40,832 bases of DNA, taken from NCBI GenBank assembly GCA_031364845.1, contig JANLWX010000223.1, positions 1-40,832 on the forward strand, written 5' to 3'. Positions 28,234-37,241 of the stretch are shown in pieces; the first letter of the stretch is position 1; every line of letters begins with the position of its first letter. Source of the DNA: Candidatus Eiseniibacteriota bacterium. Its GTDB lineage: Bacteria; Eisenbacteria; RBG-16-71-46. The notes under the pieces were generated by a model that did not search any database, was not told the origin of the DNA, and was given only the letters and a program-made list of their open reading frames with translations. A program made the translations under genes and the position numbers.

Positions 28234-29469
28234 TCAGAAGATCGCCTGCAGGTGGAAGAACCCTTTGTCGTGGACCGCCCACACTTCGTAGGGCTCGGGA
28301 TCGAGCTCGATGCCTTCGACGATCGAGATCGTCACGTTGCCGAAGCGCGCGGCGAGTCCGACATAGGCGCGTGATTCGGTGCGCGTGCCGTAGCTCTGGC
28401 GGAACCGGACTCCCGAACGCGCGACCGTGACGCGGTCGTAGAGTCCGCCGACGCGCGCGGTCAGCCGCGGGTGCGCTTCCCACTCGATCTCCGCACCCAG
28501 GGTGCGATCGATCGCACCGATCGCGCCGGGGCCGAAGGGCGGACCGTGATGCTGGTCGCGGTCCTGATAGATGCCGCGCAGTTCGGCGACGATGCCGCGC
28601 GAAAACGGCCGGCGCAGCGCGCTTTCGATCGCCCACTGGCGGCGGAAGTTGGCGTCGTTGCCGTACGGAGCGCCGTCCGGGGCGAGCGTCGAGAACGCCT
28701 GATGGTTGCGGCCGCGCAGCTCCCATTCGATGGCGCTCGCGCGAAACTCCACTGCGGCGCTCGCGAGCGTGCCCCACAGCGTCGAGTGGAGCAGCGGATC
28801 GAGATCGGTCGCGCCGGGCATCTGCTGCACCGAAGGCGTTCGATACTTCATGTCGAGTTCCGTGCGCCAATGCGTGTGACGCGTGACGACGCGCAGCGCT
28901 GGCTCGAACGGATGCTTCTCGTAGGGTTCGGAGCGATCGCCGACGCGCGTCTGGCGGAACGCCCACAGGTTGTTGAACAGGTCCTCGAGCCCGAACTTCG
29001 CCTGCACTTGAATCGCGCTGGTGTCGGCGCCGAGTTCCCACATCAGCGTGAAGTCCTGGCGGCTCTTGTCGTAGAACGGCCGGAACGCCACGCCGACCGA
29101 TCCGATCCGCGTGGGCATTCGTGCCGAGAGGTCGACATATTCGTAGTGCGCGATGTCGTCTTCGCCCTGCCGCAGCGCGAGCCCGAAGCGCGCGCGTTCG
29201 CCGAGCGCGGTCTCGATCTTGAGATCGCTGTGGATCAGCCACTGGCCCGAGGTCAGGCAGCCCTGCTCGGTGCGGAACGCGAGCGGGGCGCGCTCCCACG
29301 CATCGCGCCAGCGGCGCGGCGTGCGCGTGAGCACGTGATCGATCAGGCTCTCGTCGTCTTCCTCCTGTCGGTCGACGTCGAAGGTCGAGAACTCCTCGGT
29401 GCCGGCGCGCGCCACATGCGGCGCCGACAGCGCGAGCATCAACGCCAGCGAAAGGGCCCGGCGGATCAA
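28234..29469 (-). CDS. Hypothetical exported protein, probable outer-membrane beta-barrel
   Basis: TTG start overlapping the eda stop; signal peptide ARA; amphipathic strands; C-terminal FFHLQAIF. Confidence 0.7.
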   Translation of the reverse strand: MIRRALSLALMLALSAPHVARAGTEEFSTFDVDRQEEDDESLIDHVLTRTPRRWRDAWERAPLAFRTEQGCLTSGQWLIHSDLKIETALGERARFGLALRQGEDDIAHYEYVDLSARMPTRIGSVGVAFRPFYDKSRQDFTLMWELGADTSAIQVQAKFGLEDLFNNLWAFRQTRVGDRSEPYEKHPFEPALRVVTRHTHWRTELDMKYRTPSVQQMPGATDLDPLLHSTLWGTLASAAVEFRASAIEWELRGRNHQAFSTLAPDGAPYGNDANFRRQWAIESALRRPFSRGIVAELRGIYQDRDQHHGPPFGPGAIGAIDRTLGAEIEWEAHPRLTARVGGLYDRVTVARSGVRFRQSYGTRTESRAYVGLAARFGNVTISIVEGIELDPEPYEVWAVHDKGFFHLQAIF

Positions 29470-30128
29470 CGCGCCGCCGGAGAGGCCCCGGCGGTCGCGA
29501 ACGGGCGCACCCGCTCGACGAACGCGCGGGCGCGACGCGTGATCTCTTCGAACGCGCCTTCGGCCGCGAGCCTGGGATCGGCGAGCGAGGCGCCGAGTCC
29601 GATCCCGACACATCCAGCCTCGAGGAACGGAATCACGTTGTCGAGGTTCGTGCCGCCGGCCGCGAGCATCGGCACGTCGGGCAGCGGATCGCGGATCACC
29701 TGAATGTACGCGGGCCCGCCGGCGACGCCGACCGGATACACCTTGATCACGTGGGCACCCGCCGCGTGGGCGGCGAGGATCTCGTTGGTGGTGTAGGCGC
29801 CTGGAAAGTAGGCGACCCCGGCGTCGAGCGCGATGCGCGCGACGTCGATCGAGAGGTTGGGCGCCACGATGAACCTCGCTCCCGCATCGAGCGCGCGATA
29901 GCACTGGTCCGCGGTCAGCACGGTGCCGGCCCCGACGATCACGTCGCGATCCTGCGCGAGCGCCTGCATCACGCTCGGAGCGTCGGGCACGGTGTAGGTG
30001 ATCTCGAGCAGCGTGACGCCGCCCTCTGCGACGGCACGCGCACTCGCGAGCGCGAGATCCGGGGTCGCAGCGCGGATCACGGCGAGCAGCCGCGTGTCGT
30101 GGAGCGCGTCGAGCGCGGTCGGTGTCAT
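29466..30128 (-). CDS. eda: KHG/KDPG aldolase
   Basis: LAVIR, LEIT, VGAGTV, GARFIVAP, KVYP (Schiff-base Lys), GG motif. Confidence 0.88.
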   Translation of the reverse strand: MTPTALDALHDTRLLAVIRAATPDLALASARAVAEGGVTLLEITYTVPDAPSVMQALAQDRDVIVGAGTVLTADQCYRALDAGARFIVAPNLSIDVARIALDAGVAYFPGAYTTNEILAAHAAGAHVIKVYPVGVAGGPAYIQVIRDPLPDVPMLAAGGTNLDNVIPFLEAGCVGIGLGASLADPRLAAEGAFEEITRRARAFVERVRPFATAGASPAAR

Positions 30129-30203
30129 GGCGGGTGAAGCGTATCAGTGCCGCGCGGTCGGGCGCGAATGTGCCGCCCGCGACCGGTGTGGCAAGATGCC
30201 CGC

Positions 30204-32762
30204 ATGAGTCCAACCCGACGTTCGAATCCCGGCCGCCGCTTCATGATCATCACGCTCGTTCTGGCCTTGGTCGTTGTGGGCGCGGCCTACGCGGCGCTGG
30301 TCGTGCTGTTCCCGCCGAAGCGCCTGCGCCCGCTGGTCCAGCGCCAGCTCACGGCGATGGTCGCGCGCGACGTGCGCTTCGGCGCGGTGCGGGTCGGATT
30401 GTGGCCGCCGGTGCGGGTCACGGCGGCGAACGTCGAACTCGCCGAGCCCGGCGGGTTCACGCGCGGAGCGATGCTGAGCGCGGGATCGCTGCACCTCGAT
30501 CTCGACGCGATCGCGCTGATGTCGAACCGCTTCGTCGTGAAGCGGCTCGTCATCGAACGGCCCGCGCTCCACGTGCTGCTGCGCACCGACGGCACTTCGA
30601 ACCTCGACGGCCTCGGGCGCGACCCCGAGGCGGATCCGGCCGCGGCGCGCAAGCCGATGGATCTGTCGGTGCGCGAGTTCGTGATCCGCGACGGACGCCT
30701 GCTGGTGGACGATCTCAAAGCCGCTCGCCGCTTCGCCGCGCGCATCGGCGTGCGCTGGGAACTCGAACTGAAGCGCGGCACGCGTTTCGCGACGCACGGC
30801 GAAACCGTGATCGGCGAGGTCGCGTTCGGGCCGCTGTCGGCCGCACGGCTGCGCGATCTCAACCGCACGCTCGAAAACCTGCGCTGGGAGATCGAGCATC
30901 GCGGCGCGTTCGACAGCGAGCAGAAGCGCTTGGCACTCGAAACGTTGACGCTGCACTTCGGGCGCACCGAATTGAAGCTGACCGGGCTGATCCAGGATCC
31001 GGGACCGCGCCCGATCGTGGATCTGAGGGCGCGCGGCACCGCGATCGATGTCGGCGAGATCCTCGAGTTCTTCTCGGAGTCCGATGCCCGGGCACTCCAC
31101 GGCATCCGCGGCGACGGCACGCTCGAATTCGACCTCGCGATCCGCGGTGCGCTCGGCGCTTCCGGCTCGCGGCGTCCCGATCTCACCGGCCAGCTCGGTC
31201 TCGCGAACGCATCGCTACAGTTTCCCTCGGCGACCGCGAAAGTCGAAGGGCTGTCGCTGATCGCGCGCTTCGCGCCGGACTCGATCGGCATCGGCAACCT
31301 CGCGGCGCGCGTCTCGGGCCAGCCGGTGCGCGGCAGCGTCAGCGTCACGCGGTTCGTCGACCCGCGCGTCGTGTTCGCGGTGCGCGGCGACATCGATCTC
31401 GCGGCCGTGGCGCCGCTGCTGGTGCCCGCCGGCGGAGCTCTGTCGGGCCGCGCCGCGGTGGACCTGCGCGGCGGTGGGCGGATCAAGGATCCCGAGGCGA
31501 TGAACATCGACGGACGCGCCGTGCTGACCAAGGTGCGCGTGCGCCAGCCGGGACTGCCGCGCGACTTCGAGAACATCGGCGGCACGCTCGAATTCTCGCG
31601 AAGCCGGCTCACGATCGCGGGACTCTCGGCCAAGGCAGGCGGTTCGTCGCTCGCGATCGATGCGCGGATCGACCGGCCGTTGGCACTCATGTCCAAGCCC
31701 GGACCCGATCGCGTGGCGCCCGCGACGGTGGACTTCAACCTGCGCTCGCCGCGGCTCGATCTCGCCGACGTGATGCCGCCGCCGGGCGGCGATCTGGTGC
31801 TGCCCTACGCGCGCGGAGGAGGGCGGATCGCGATCGGCGAATTCAAGAACGGCAAGGTCGAGATCGAAGCACTCGCGGCCGAGGTGACGCTCGAGCCCAC
31901 CTCGATCGCCGCGTCGCGGTTCGGCGGACGCATCTATGAAGGAACGATGAACGGTTCCGCGCGCTTCGACGTGCAGAACTCCGCGCATCCGCGGCTCGCC
32001 GTGAGCGCGCGGCTCGACAGCGCGCGTGTGGAGCGCCTGCTCGGCACGTGGGTGCCGCCCGGCAACTGGCTGAGCGGCGGGCTCGGCACTTCGCTCGACC
32101 TCGACGGCGACCTCGCCGATCTGCGGCGTTCGATCACGCTCGCCGGACTCGCCACCGTGTGGAACGGCACGCTCGGTCATGCGCCAGTGTTCGACCGCAT
32201 TGCGACGTTCGCGAAAATGCCGGCGTTCAAGAAGGTGAACTTCCGCGATCTCAAGTCGAGCTTCCGCGTGCGCAACGGCCGCGTGTTCACCGGCCCCGCG
32301 ACGATCAGCGGGGCGCAGGGCGAGTGGCTGCTCGGCGGATCGGTCGGCCTCGACGGAACGCTCGATTACTCGGTGAGCGTCACGGTGCCCCGCGAGCTCG
32401 TGCAGCAACTCGGCGCCAACGCCGCCGTTGCGGCAGGCGCGCTGGCCGACGAGCAGGGGCGCGTGCTGATGGACTTCCGCGTCACGGGCGCGGCGCAGTC
32501 ACCGAAGATCGCGTGGGATCCGACCGCCATGCGCGCGCGGCTCGAAGGACGCGTGAACGAGGCGATCGAGGAGCAGAAGGAGAAGTTCGAGAACGCCGTG
32601 CGTGACACGCTGAATCAGCGGATCACCGCCGCCCAGGACAGCGTGCGTGCCGCGGCCGAGCACTATCGCAAGGCGGTCGAGGACAGCATCCGCCGCCGCG
32701 GACGTGATCTGCTCAAGGGATTCTTCGGAGCGGATTCGACGAAGGAACCGACGACGCCGTAG
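30204..32762 (+). CDS. AsmA-family (bridge-like lipid transport) protein
   Basis: N-terminal TM anchor; DGTSNLDGL; repeated beta-taco-type segments; GSVGLDGTLDY and VTGAAQSPKI C-terminal motifs; ends GRDLLKGFFG. Confidence 0.85.
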   Translation: MSPTRRSNPGRRFMIITLVLALVVVGAAYAALVVLFPPKRLRPLVQRQLTAMVARDVRFGAVRVGLWPPVRVTAANVELAEPGGFTRGAMLSAGSLHLDLDAIALMSNRFVVKRLVIERPALHVLLRTDGTSNLDGLGRDPEADPAAARKPMDLSVREFVIRDGRLLVDDLKAARRFAARIGVRWELELKRGTRFATHGETVIGEVAFGPLSAARLRDLNRTLENLRWEIEHRGAFDSEQKRLALETLTLHFGRTELKLTGLIQDPGPRPIVDLRARGTAIDVGEILEFFSESDARALHGIRGDGTLEFDLAIRGALGASGSRRPDLTGQLGLANASLQFPSATAKVEGLSLIARFAPDSIGIGNLAARVSGQPVRGSVSVTRFVDPRVVFAVRGDIDLAAVAPLLVPAGGALSGRAAVDLRGGGRIKDPEAMNIDGRAVLTKVRVRQPGLPRDFENIGGTLEFSRSRLTIAGLSAKAGGSSLAIDARIDRPLALMSKPGPDRVAPATVDFNLRSPRLDLADVMPPPGGDLVLPYARGGGRIAIGEFKNGKVEIEALAAEVTLEPTSIAASRFGGRIYEGTMNGSARFDVQNSAHPRLAVSARLDSARVERLLGTWVPPGNWLSGGLGTSLDLDGDLADLRRSITLAGLATVWNGTLGHAPVFDRIATFAKMPAFKKVNFRDLKSSFRVRNGRVFTGPATISGAQGEWLLGGSVGLDGTLDYSVSVTVPRELVQQLGANAAVAAGALADEQGRVLMDFRVTGAAQSPKIAWDPTAMRARLEGRVNEAIEEQKEKFENAVRDTLNQRITAAQDSVRAAAEHYRKAVEDSIRRRGRDLLKGFFGADSTKEPTTP

Positions 32763-32819
32763 TTCGCCGCTCGGGGTCTGCGCTACCGCGTGCTCACCGC
32801 CGCCGAGTCGTGCTCGAGA
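32755..32819 (+). repeat. Degenerate direct repeat, left copy (AsmA stop plus displaced 3' end of the debranching-like gene)
   Basis: CGCCGTAGTTCG (32755-32766) equals 33394-33405; TCGTGCTCGAGA (32808-32819) equals 33465-33476. Confidence 0.75.
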
Positions 32820-32975
32820 CGCAGTGCATCGGGCTCTTCTGTGCCGACAGGCGTCAATATTGAGTCGCTTGTATGTCGGTAGAGAGAAGCGCCACCAAAA
32901 TGTCTTGTTGAGCGGGTAGGACCCTGGCTTGGGCTATTGGGCTACGACAGTCGATGGTCTATGCGGAGATCCGCG

Positions 32976-33401
32976 ATGGCCCCAATTAGAAAGATGATCG
33001 GTGCAACGTGGTGTGCGAGCGCGCTGTTTGTATGCGCCGCGACCGTAATCTGGTGGTTGTGGGGTGGCTGGGAAGTCGTTCAAGAGCAAATAGTACCCAC
33101 AGTAATAATCTCGCCTATTGCGTGGTGGTGGTTCGCGGCTCGCAAAGGCTCTCCGTCACTGCTGCGAGGCGCTGTCATCGGTGCGCTTACTGGAGTGCTG
33201 ACACAGGCAATGCCTGCCGTATTGCCGGTCATTGTTGATTCGCTCGTGCGACGCAACTCGCGCACTGGCGAGGAAGGCTTGGTGGCGACGGCAACAATAG
33301 CCGTGTATATCCCGATCGCTCTAGGCGCGGCGTTGATAGGGGTTGTGCTCGGAGCCCTTGCCGCTGCAATTCAGCGCCGAATGGAGATGCCGTCGCCGTA
33401 G
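32976..33401 (+). CDS. Small hypothetical membrane protein (about 4 TM) in an AT-richer insert
   Basis: Hydrophobic Trp-rich helices; GGAG upstream of the ATG; A/T-ending codons (ATA, CTA, CAA) unlike its neighbours. Start could be 32961. Confidence 0.65.
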   Translation: MAPIRKMIGATWCASALFVCAATVIWWLWGGWEVVQEQIVPTVIISPIAWWWFAARKGSPSLLRGAVIGALTGVLTQAMPAVLPVIVDSLVRRNSRTGEEGLVATATIAVYIPIALGAALIGVVLGALAAAIQRRMEMPSP

Positions 33402-33476
33402 TTCGAGTTCGGCGCGGGCACAACGCAAGCAAGCCGCGCTTACTTCGCGACTACCGCCGCCGGATCGTGCTCGAGA
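33394..33476 (+). repeat. Degenerate direct repeat, right copy
   Basis: Shares both 12-mers and ACCGCCGCCG with 32755-32819, in the same order. Confidence 0.75.
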
Positions 33477-35608
33477 TCCTCGACCCACACCCGCAGCAGC
33501 GCCGAGGCCGCGAGCGGCGACACGTTGACGCGGCCCGCCTGCGGCAGCGCGTCGGTCTCGGTCACGCCACAGATCTCGGGCAGCCCGCCGAGGCCTTCGT
33601 GCTCCATCCACTCGCACAACGACGCCAGACGTTCGCGTGCGCGTTCGAGCGACTCGGCACTGCGTCCATGGGCGCGCATGTGGGCCGACATGAACGTCGC
33701 CAGCCACTCGACGCCGACTTCCTCCGCCCCCGGACCCGGCTTCAGCCCGAACGGCGTCACGAGCGTGCGGTCGATGGTCTCGACCAGATCCATTGCGCGT
33801 TCGCGCGGCAGCAGCGAGGGCGCCGAACTCACGGTCCACAGTTGCGACGGTGAGAGGCCGACGACGGGTTCGCCGTCGCGGATCGCGTCGTAGAGGCAGC
33901 GATGTTCGTCGTCCCAGAAGCGCTCGTTGAATCGCTGCTGGTGCTCGTGCGCCCACGCGAGGTAGAACGCCGCGTGTTCCTTGCGGCCGACCATGCGCGC
34001 GAGCTGCGACATCGCGATCGAGGCGTGATACCAGAGCGCGTTGAGGTCGGCGCGCTTGATCTCGGGCGGTGCGGTCGCGACCGCGCGGCGGCGTTTCGAC
34101 TTTGCGGGCGCGACCGGAGCTTCGGCGGCCGGTGCCATCACCGATGCGGAGGGCGAAACCAGCAATCCGTCGGAATCGATCCGGATTCCCCCCGGCGCTC
34201 CCGAGCGGCACGCGCGCATCAACTCTTGCAGCGCCGGATAGAGCGTGGCGCGGCCGAACTCGAAGTCCTCGCTGCGGCGCACGTAGCGCTCGCCCGCGAT
34301 CACGAGCCACAGGCCGGGCTCGGCGTCGCCATAGACCGGAGTGCCGTCGGGATCGAAGCGCTCGGGCACCCGGCCTTCGTTCATGTACTCGACGTAGCCG
34401 CGCAGGATGTCGCGCGCGGTGTCGAAGCTGCGGATCGCGAGCAGCCCGAGGGTCGCGCGCAGCGTTTCGGAGCCGCGCTCGATCGTGGGCGGCAGCACCC
34501 CGGCGAGCGTGTGGCGGGTTCCGCGGCGCATGAGCCCGGCCTGCAGCGCGCGCGCGAGCGATACCGTCCACTGCGCCGGCTCGAGCGTGGCGGTGCGCGG
34601 CTCGCGATCGCGTGAACGCGCGGCTTCCTGAACGGTCACGAGTGCCCCGACCCGCGCGCTCTCGCCCCACACCGCGAGCCGTTCCATCTCGTCCGCCTCG
34701 AGCGCCACGACGCACTCGGTGAGCGTGCGCGGGGGTACCGCACCGAGCCGGGTCTCGCGCGCGAGCGTGCGGAACAACTCGCCGTCGAGTGACACCACGA
34801 CATGCATCGGGGCACCTGGGCCGCAGGTGCCTTCGAAGCAGCCGGGCAGAAACACGTTCTCGGCGAGATCGTTTTCGGCGGTGTGGCGCAACTGGGTCCA
34901 CGCGCGTCCGGGCAGGAACACGCTGTTGTGCCATAGCGTGAGCAGCGGCGTCTCGGGTGACATCTGGAGGCGCACGCGTCCCGGTATGCCCTGCACCGAG
35001 GGTCCGTCGTCGGACGATGCACCCGGCGGTGCCGGAGACGATTCCGCGGCCGCGGCTTTTGGAGTGCCCGTGCCGCGCGCCCGTTTCGGCGCGCCGTTCT
35101 TGCCGGGAAGCACTGCGGGTGACTCGATCTCGGCAGCCTTCGGTATTGCGAAGGCCGGGCGCGGCCGCACCGCGACGAACGGACTCGCGGTGATGCGCGT
35201 CGGCGGACCTTCGAGATGGCGATACGAGATGATGACCGCGTCGTGCTCGTAGACGAGCATCAGCGACTTCTCGATCACGGTCGCACCGAGCCGGTAGCGC
35301 CACGTCGGCCACGGATCGGCTCGGAAGGATTCGAGCAGCCGGTGTCCGGCCGGGCGCGCGGTGCCGTTGGGCTGCACGGTGCACGCGAGTTCGAAGGTGC
35401 CTTCCTCGCTGACCGCGCGCTCGTCCAGCCGCAGGAAGGCGATTTCGGCCGGCCCGCTCGAAGGCGTGGCGAGCAGACAGGCGTGCGACCGTCGCAGGTT
35501 CGCGCCCGCCGCGGTTCCGGAGGCGGAGCTGCCGACTCCATTGGAAACGACCCATTCGCAGGCCAGTGCCCGAGGGAGCCTGGTGAGGACATCCTGTCCG
35601 AGGCTCAT
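33440..35608 (-). CDS. Amylo-alpha-1,6-glucosidase / glycogen-debranching-enzyme-like protein (GDE_N + GDE_C) with degenerate motifs
   Basis: EWVVSNGVGSSASGT...RRSH N-terminal motif; LNALWY, FNERFW, LYD, LVTPFGL, LPEI. Confidence 0.8.
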   Translation of the reverse strand: MSLGQDVLTRLPRALACEWVVSNGVGSSASGTAAGANLRRSHACLLATPSSGPAEIAFLRLDERAVSEEGTFELACTVQPNGTARPAGHRLLESFRADPWPTWRYRLGATVIEKSLMLVYEHDAVIISYRHLEGPPTRITASPFVAVRPRPAFAIPKAAEIESPAVLPGKNGAPKRARGTGTPKAAAAESSPAPPGASSDDGPSVQGIPGRVRLQMSPETPLLTLWHNSVFLPGRAWTQLRHTAENDLAENVFLPGCFEGTCGPGAPMHVVVSLDGELFRTLARETRLGAVPPRTLTECVVALEADEMERLAVWGESARVGALVTVQEAARSRDREPRTATLEPAQWTVSLARALQAGLMRRGTRHTLAGVLPPTIERGSETLRATLGLLAIRSFDTARDILRGYVEYMNEGRVPERFDPDGTPVYGDAEPGLWLVIAGERYVRRSEDFEFGRATLYPALQELMRACRSGAPGGIRIDSDGLLVSPSASVMAPAAEAPVAPAKSKRRRAVATAPPEIKRADLNALWYHASIAMSQLARMVGRKEHAAFYLAWAHEHQQRFNERFWDDEHRCLYDAIRDGEPVVGLSPSQLWTVSSAPSLLPRERAMDLVETIDRTLVTPFGLKPGPGAEEVGVEWLATFMSAHMRAHGRSAESLERARERLASLCEWMEHEGLGGLPEICGVTETDALPQAGRVNVSPLAASALLRVWVEDLEHDPAAVVAK

Positions 35609-35647
35609 GATCGCGGCAGCCTACTACAGCCGTGCGGGCGGGAGAAG

Positions 35648-35688
35648 GCCACCGGGCGCGCTCCGGCGGGCCGGCCGGGCCCGGTGGC
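35648..35688 (-). terminator. GC-rich hairpin between two - strand genes, possible weak terminator
   Basis: GCCACCGGGC (35648-35657) pairs with GCCCGGTGGC (35679-35688); only CTTCT follows on the - strand. Confidence 0.35.
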
Positions 35689-35720
35689 TCGCCGGAAAAC
35701 AGGCGGCGGAACCGCCCCGA

Positions 35721-36923
35721 TCAGAGCGTCGGTCGCCGCAACAGCGAGGCGAGCGGCACCACGCTCACGCCTTTGAGCCGCTTGGGATCGAGGGCGGCCG
35801 GCAGGAACTTGCGCGTGTGGGGCGTCGCGCGCACCAGCACCACGAGCTGGCCGCGGTCGCGCGCTTCGGCGAGCAACGACTTCCACCGTTTCTCGAGCAC
35901 GGCGGGCGCCGCCGCCCTGGCCTCGTACTCGATCACGGCGTCAGGTTCGGCATAGGCGACCCCGAGTTCCGAGGACAGTGCCTTGCACACCGCACCCGCC
36001 GCCGGGGAAACATGCAGGAACGGAACGCGCTGCCGGTGGAGCTCGCGGAAGATCGCCGCCATCACGGTCATGTCCTGGGTCGCCAGCGATCCCATGTGAT
36101 TCGCGACCGCCGCCACCGGGCCCGCCTGATCGAGATAACGGCGAACCGTGCGCGCGATGTCCTGAGGCTTCATGGTGACGAGGATGGTGCCGGGTCCCGG
36201 ATCGACCTGGGGATAGTTGATGGGTTCGAGCGGCAGGTGCAGCACGATTTCGCGGCCCTGGTCGCGCGCGGCCTTGAACAGCCCGACGCCTCCGCGGGTT
36301 CCGGCCGGGAGCGCGACCGCGAACGGCGCGGGCAGCTTCACGAACGCCGAGGCGAGCTCGAGGTCGTCCCCGAATCCGTAGACGACGATGGCCATGCGCG
36401 CATCGGGCTGGGCGGGATCTCCCTGGATGACCGGCATGCGCGAGAAGATGACTTCGTGGGTTGCGCGGCCGCCCGAACCGACGAGCAGGACCACCTGCTG
36501 ATCCTCGGACCGGCCGACGCGCTCGCGGCCCTTCATCACTTCGATGCCCGAGTCCTCGAGCGACTGGGTGAGCGCGTGGTTGGCCTGGAGCAGCGAGGCA
36601 TCGGGAGGAAGTCCGATCCGCCAGCGCACGCGTGGCGCGCGCGCGGGGTCGTCCGACGAATCATCCGCGCTCGATGGCGGAAGCTCGCGGATGCTGTCGG
36701 GCACCACACCCGCCACGCCGAGTCCGTGGCGGATGTTGCGGCTCACGATCTGCGTGATGCGGGGCTCGTCGCTGCGGCCGAGCCAGCGCGCGGCGAGGAT
36801 CTGGCCGCGATCGGTGCGCAGCATCAACCAGCCCTCGCCGATGACGAACAGGACGAGGGCCAGCACCACGAGCACGATGATCGCGCGCGGTGAGATCGAA
36901 CGTTTGGAGCGGCGCTTGGGCAT
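35721..36923 (-). CDS. Divergent polysaccharide deacetylase family (YibQ-like) protein, membrane-anchored, with degenerate motifs
   Basis: N-terminal TM helix; EIVLHLPLEP, PGPG, ANHMGS, VVPLASL. Confidence 0.8.
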   Translation of the reverse strand: MPKRRSKRSISPRAIIVLVVLALVLFVIGEGWLMLRTDRGQILAARWLGRSDEPRITQIVSRNIRHGLGVAGVVPDSIRELPPSSADDSSDDPARAPRVRWRIGLPPDASLLQANHALTQSLEDSGIEVMKGRERVGRSEDQQVVLLVGSGGRATHEVIFSRMPVIQGDPAQPDARMAIVVYGFGDDLELASAFVKLPAPFAVALPAGTRGGVGLFKAARDQGREIVLHLPLEPINYPQVDPGPGTILVTMKPQDIARTVRRYLDQAGPVAAVANHMGSLATQDMTVMAAIFRELHRQRVPFLHVSPAAGAVCKALSSELGVAYAEPDAVIEYEARAAAPAVLEKRWKSLLAEARDRGQLVVLVRATPHTRKFLPAALDPKRLKGVSVVPLASLLRRPTL

Positions 36924-37241
36924 GGGGGCACGCACGGTAAGGTCCGCGCGCGGGGTCGTCAACGGGCCGCCCGCATCCCTGAGGAAGTGGGTGGGACGGC
37001 ACATCCGTACCGTGGCGAATTGCACCTCGCACGATCGCTGCCCGGCGCGGGTGCCTACATCGCTCGGGCCCGCGCCCGGCAAGGCTCGAAGGCCCTTCCG
37101 CGCGCGCTATTTTTGCACATGTGTGACACTCCTTCGCAGGTCGAGTGACAGGGTTGATCAGGCGATGGCCGATACCTGTCGCGAAGTATTTCGCGTCCCC
37201 GACACGCGATGGAAGTCCCAACGGCTCTTCGGAGGTGCAAC

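Noticed and set aside
30220..30240. GTTCGAATCCC resembling a tRNA T-loop
   Set aside because: The upstream CGACG cannot pair with CCCGG to form a T-stem, there is no cloverleaf, and it lies inside the AsmA coding start.
32820..33440. Integron cassette interpretation of the AT-richer single-gene insert
   Set aside because: No RYYYAAC...GTTRRRY attC palindrome was found; the flanks are direct repeats of host gene ends.
37116..37138. CACATGTG palindrome and TGTGA half-site as a CRP/FNR site
   Set aside because: The second half-site does not match at N6 spacing; too weak to call.
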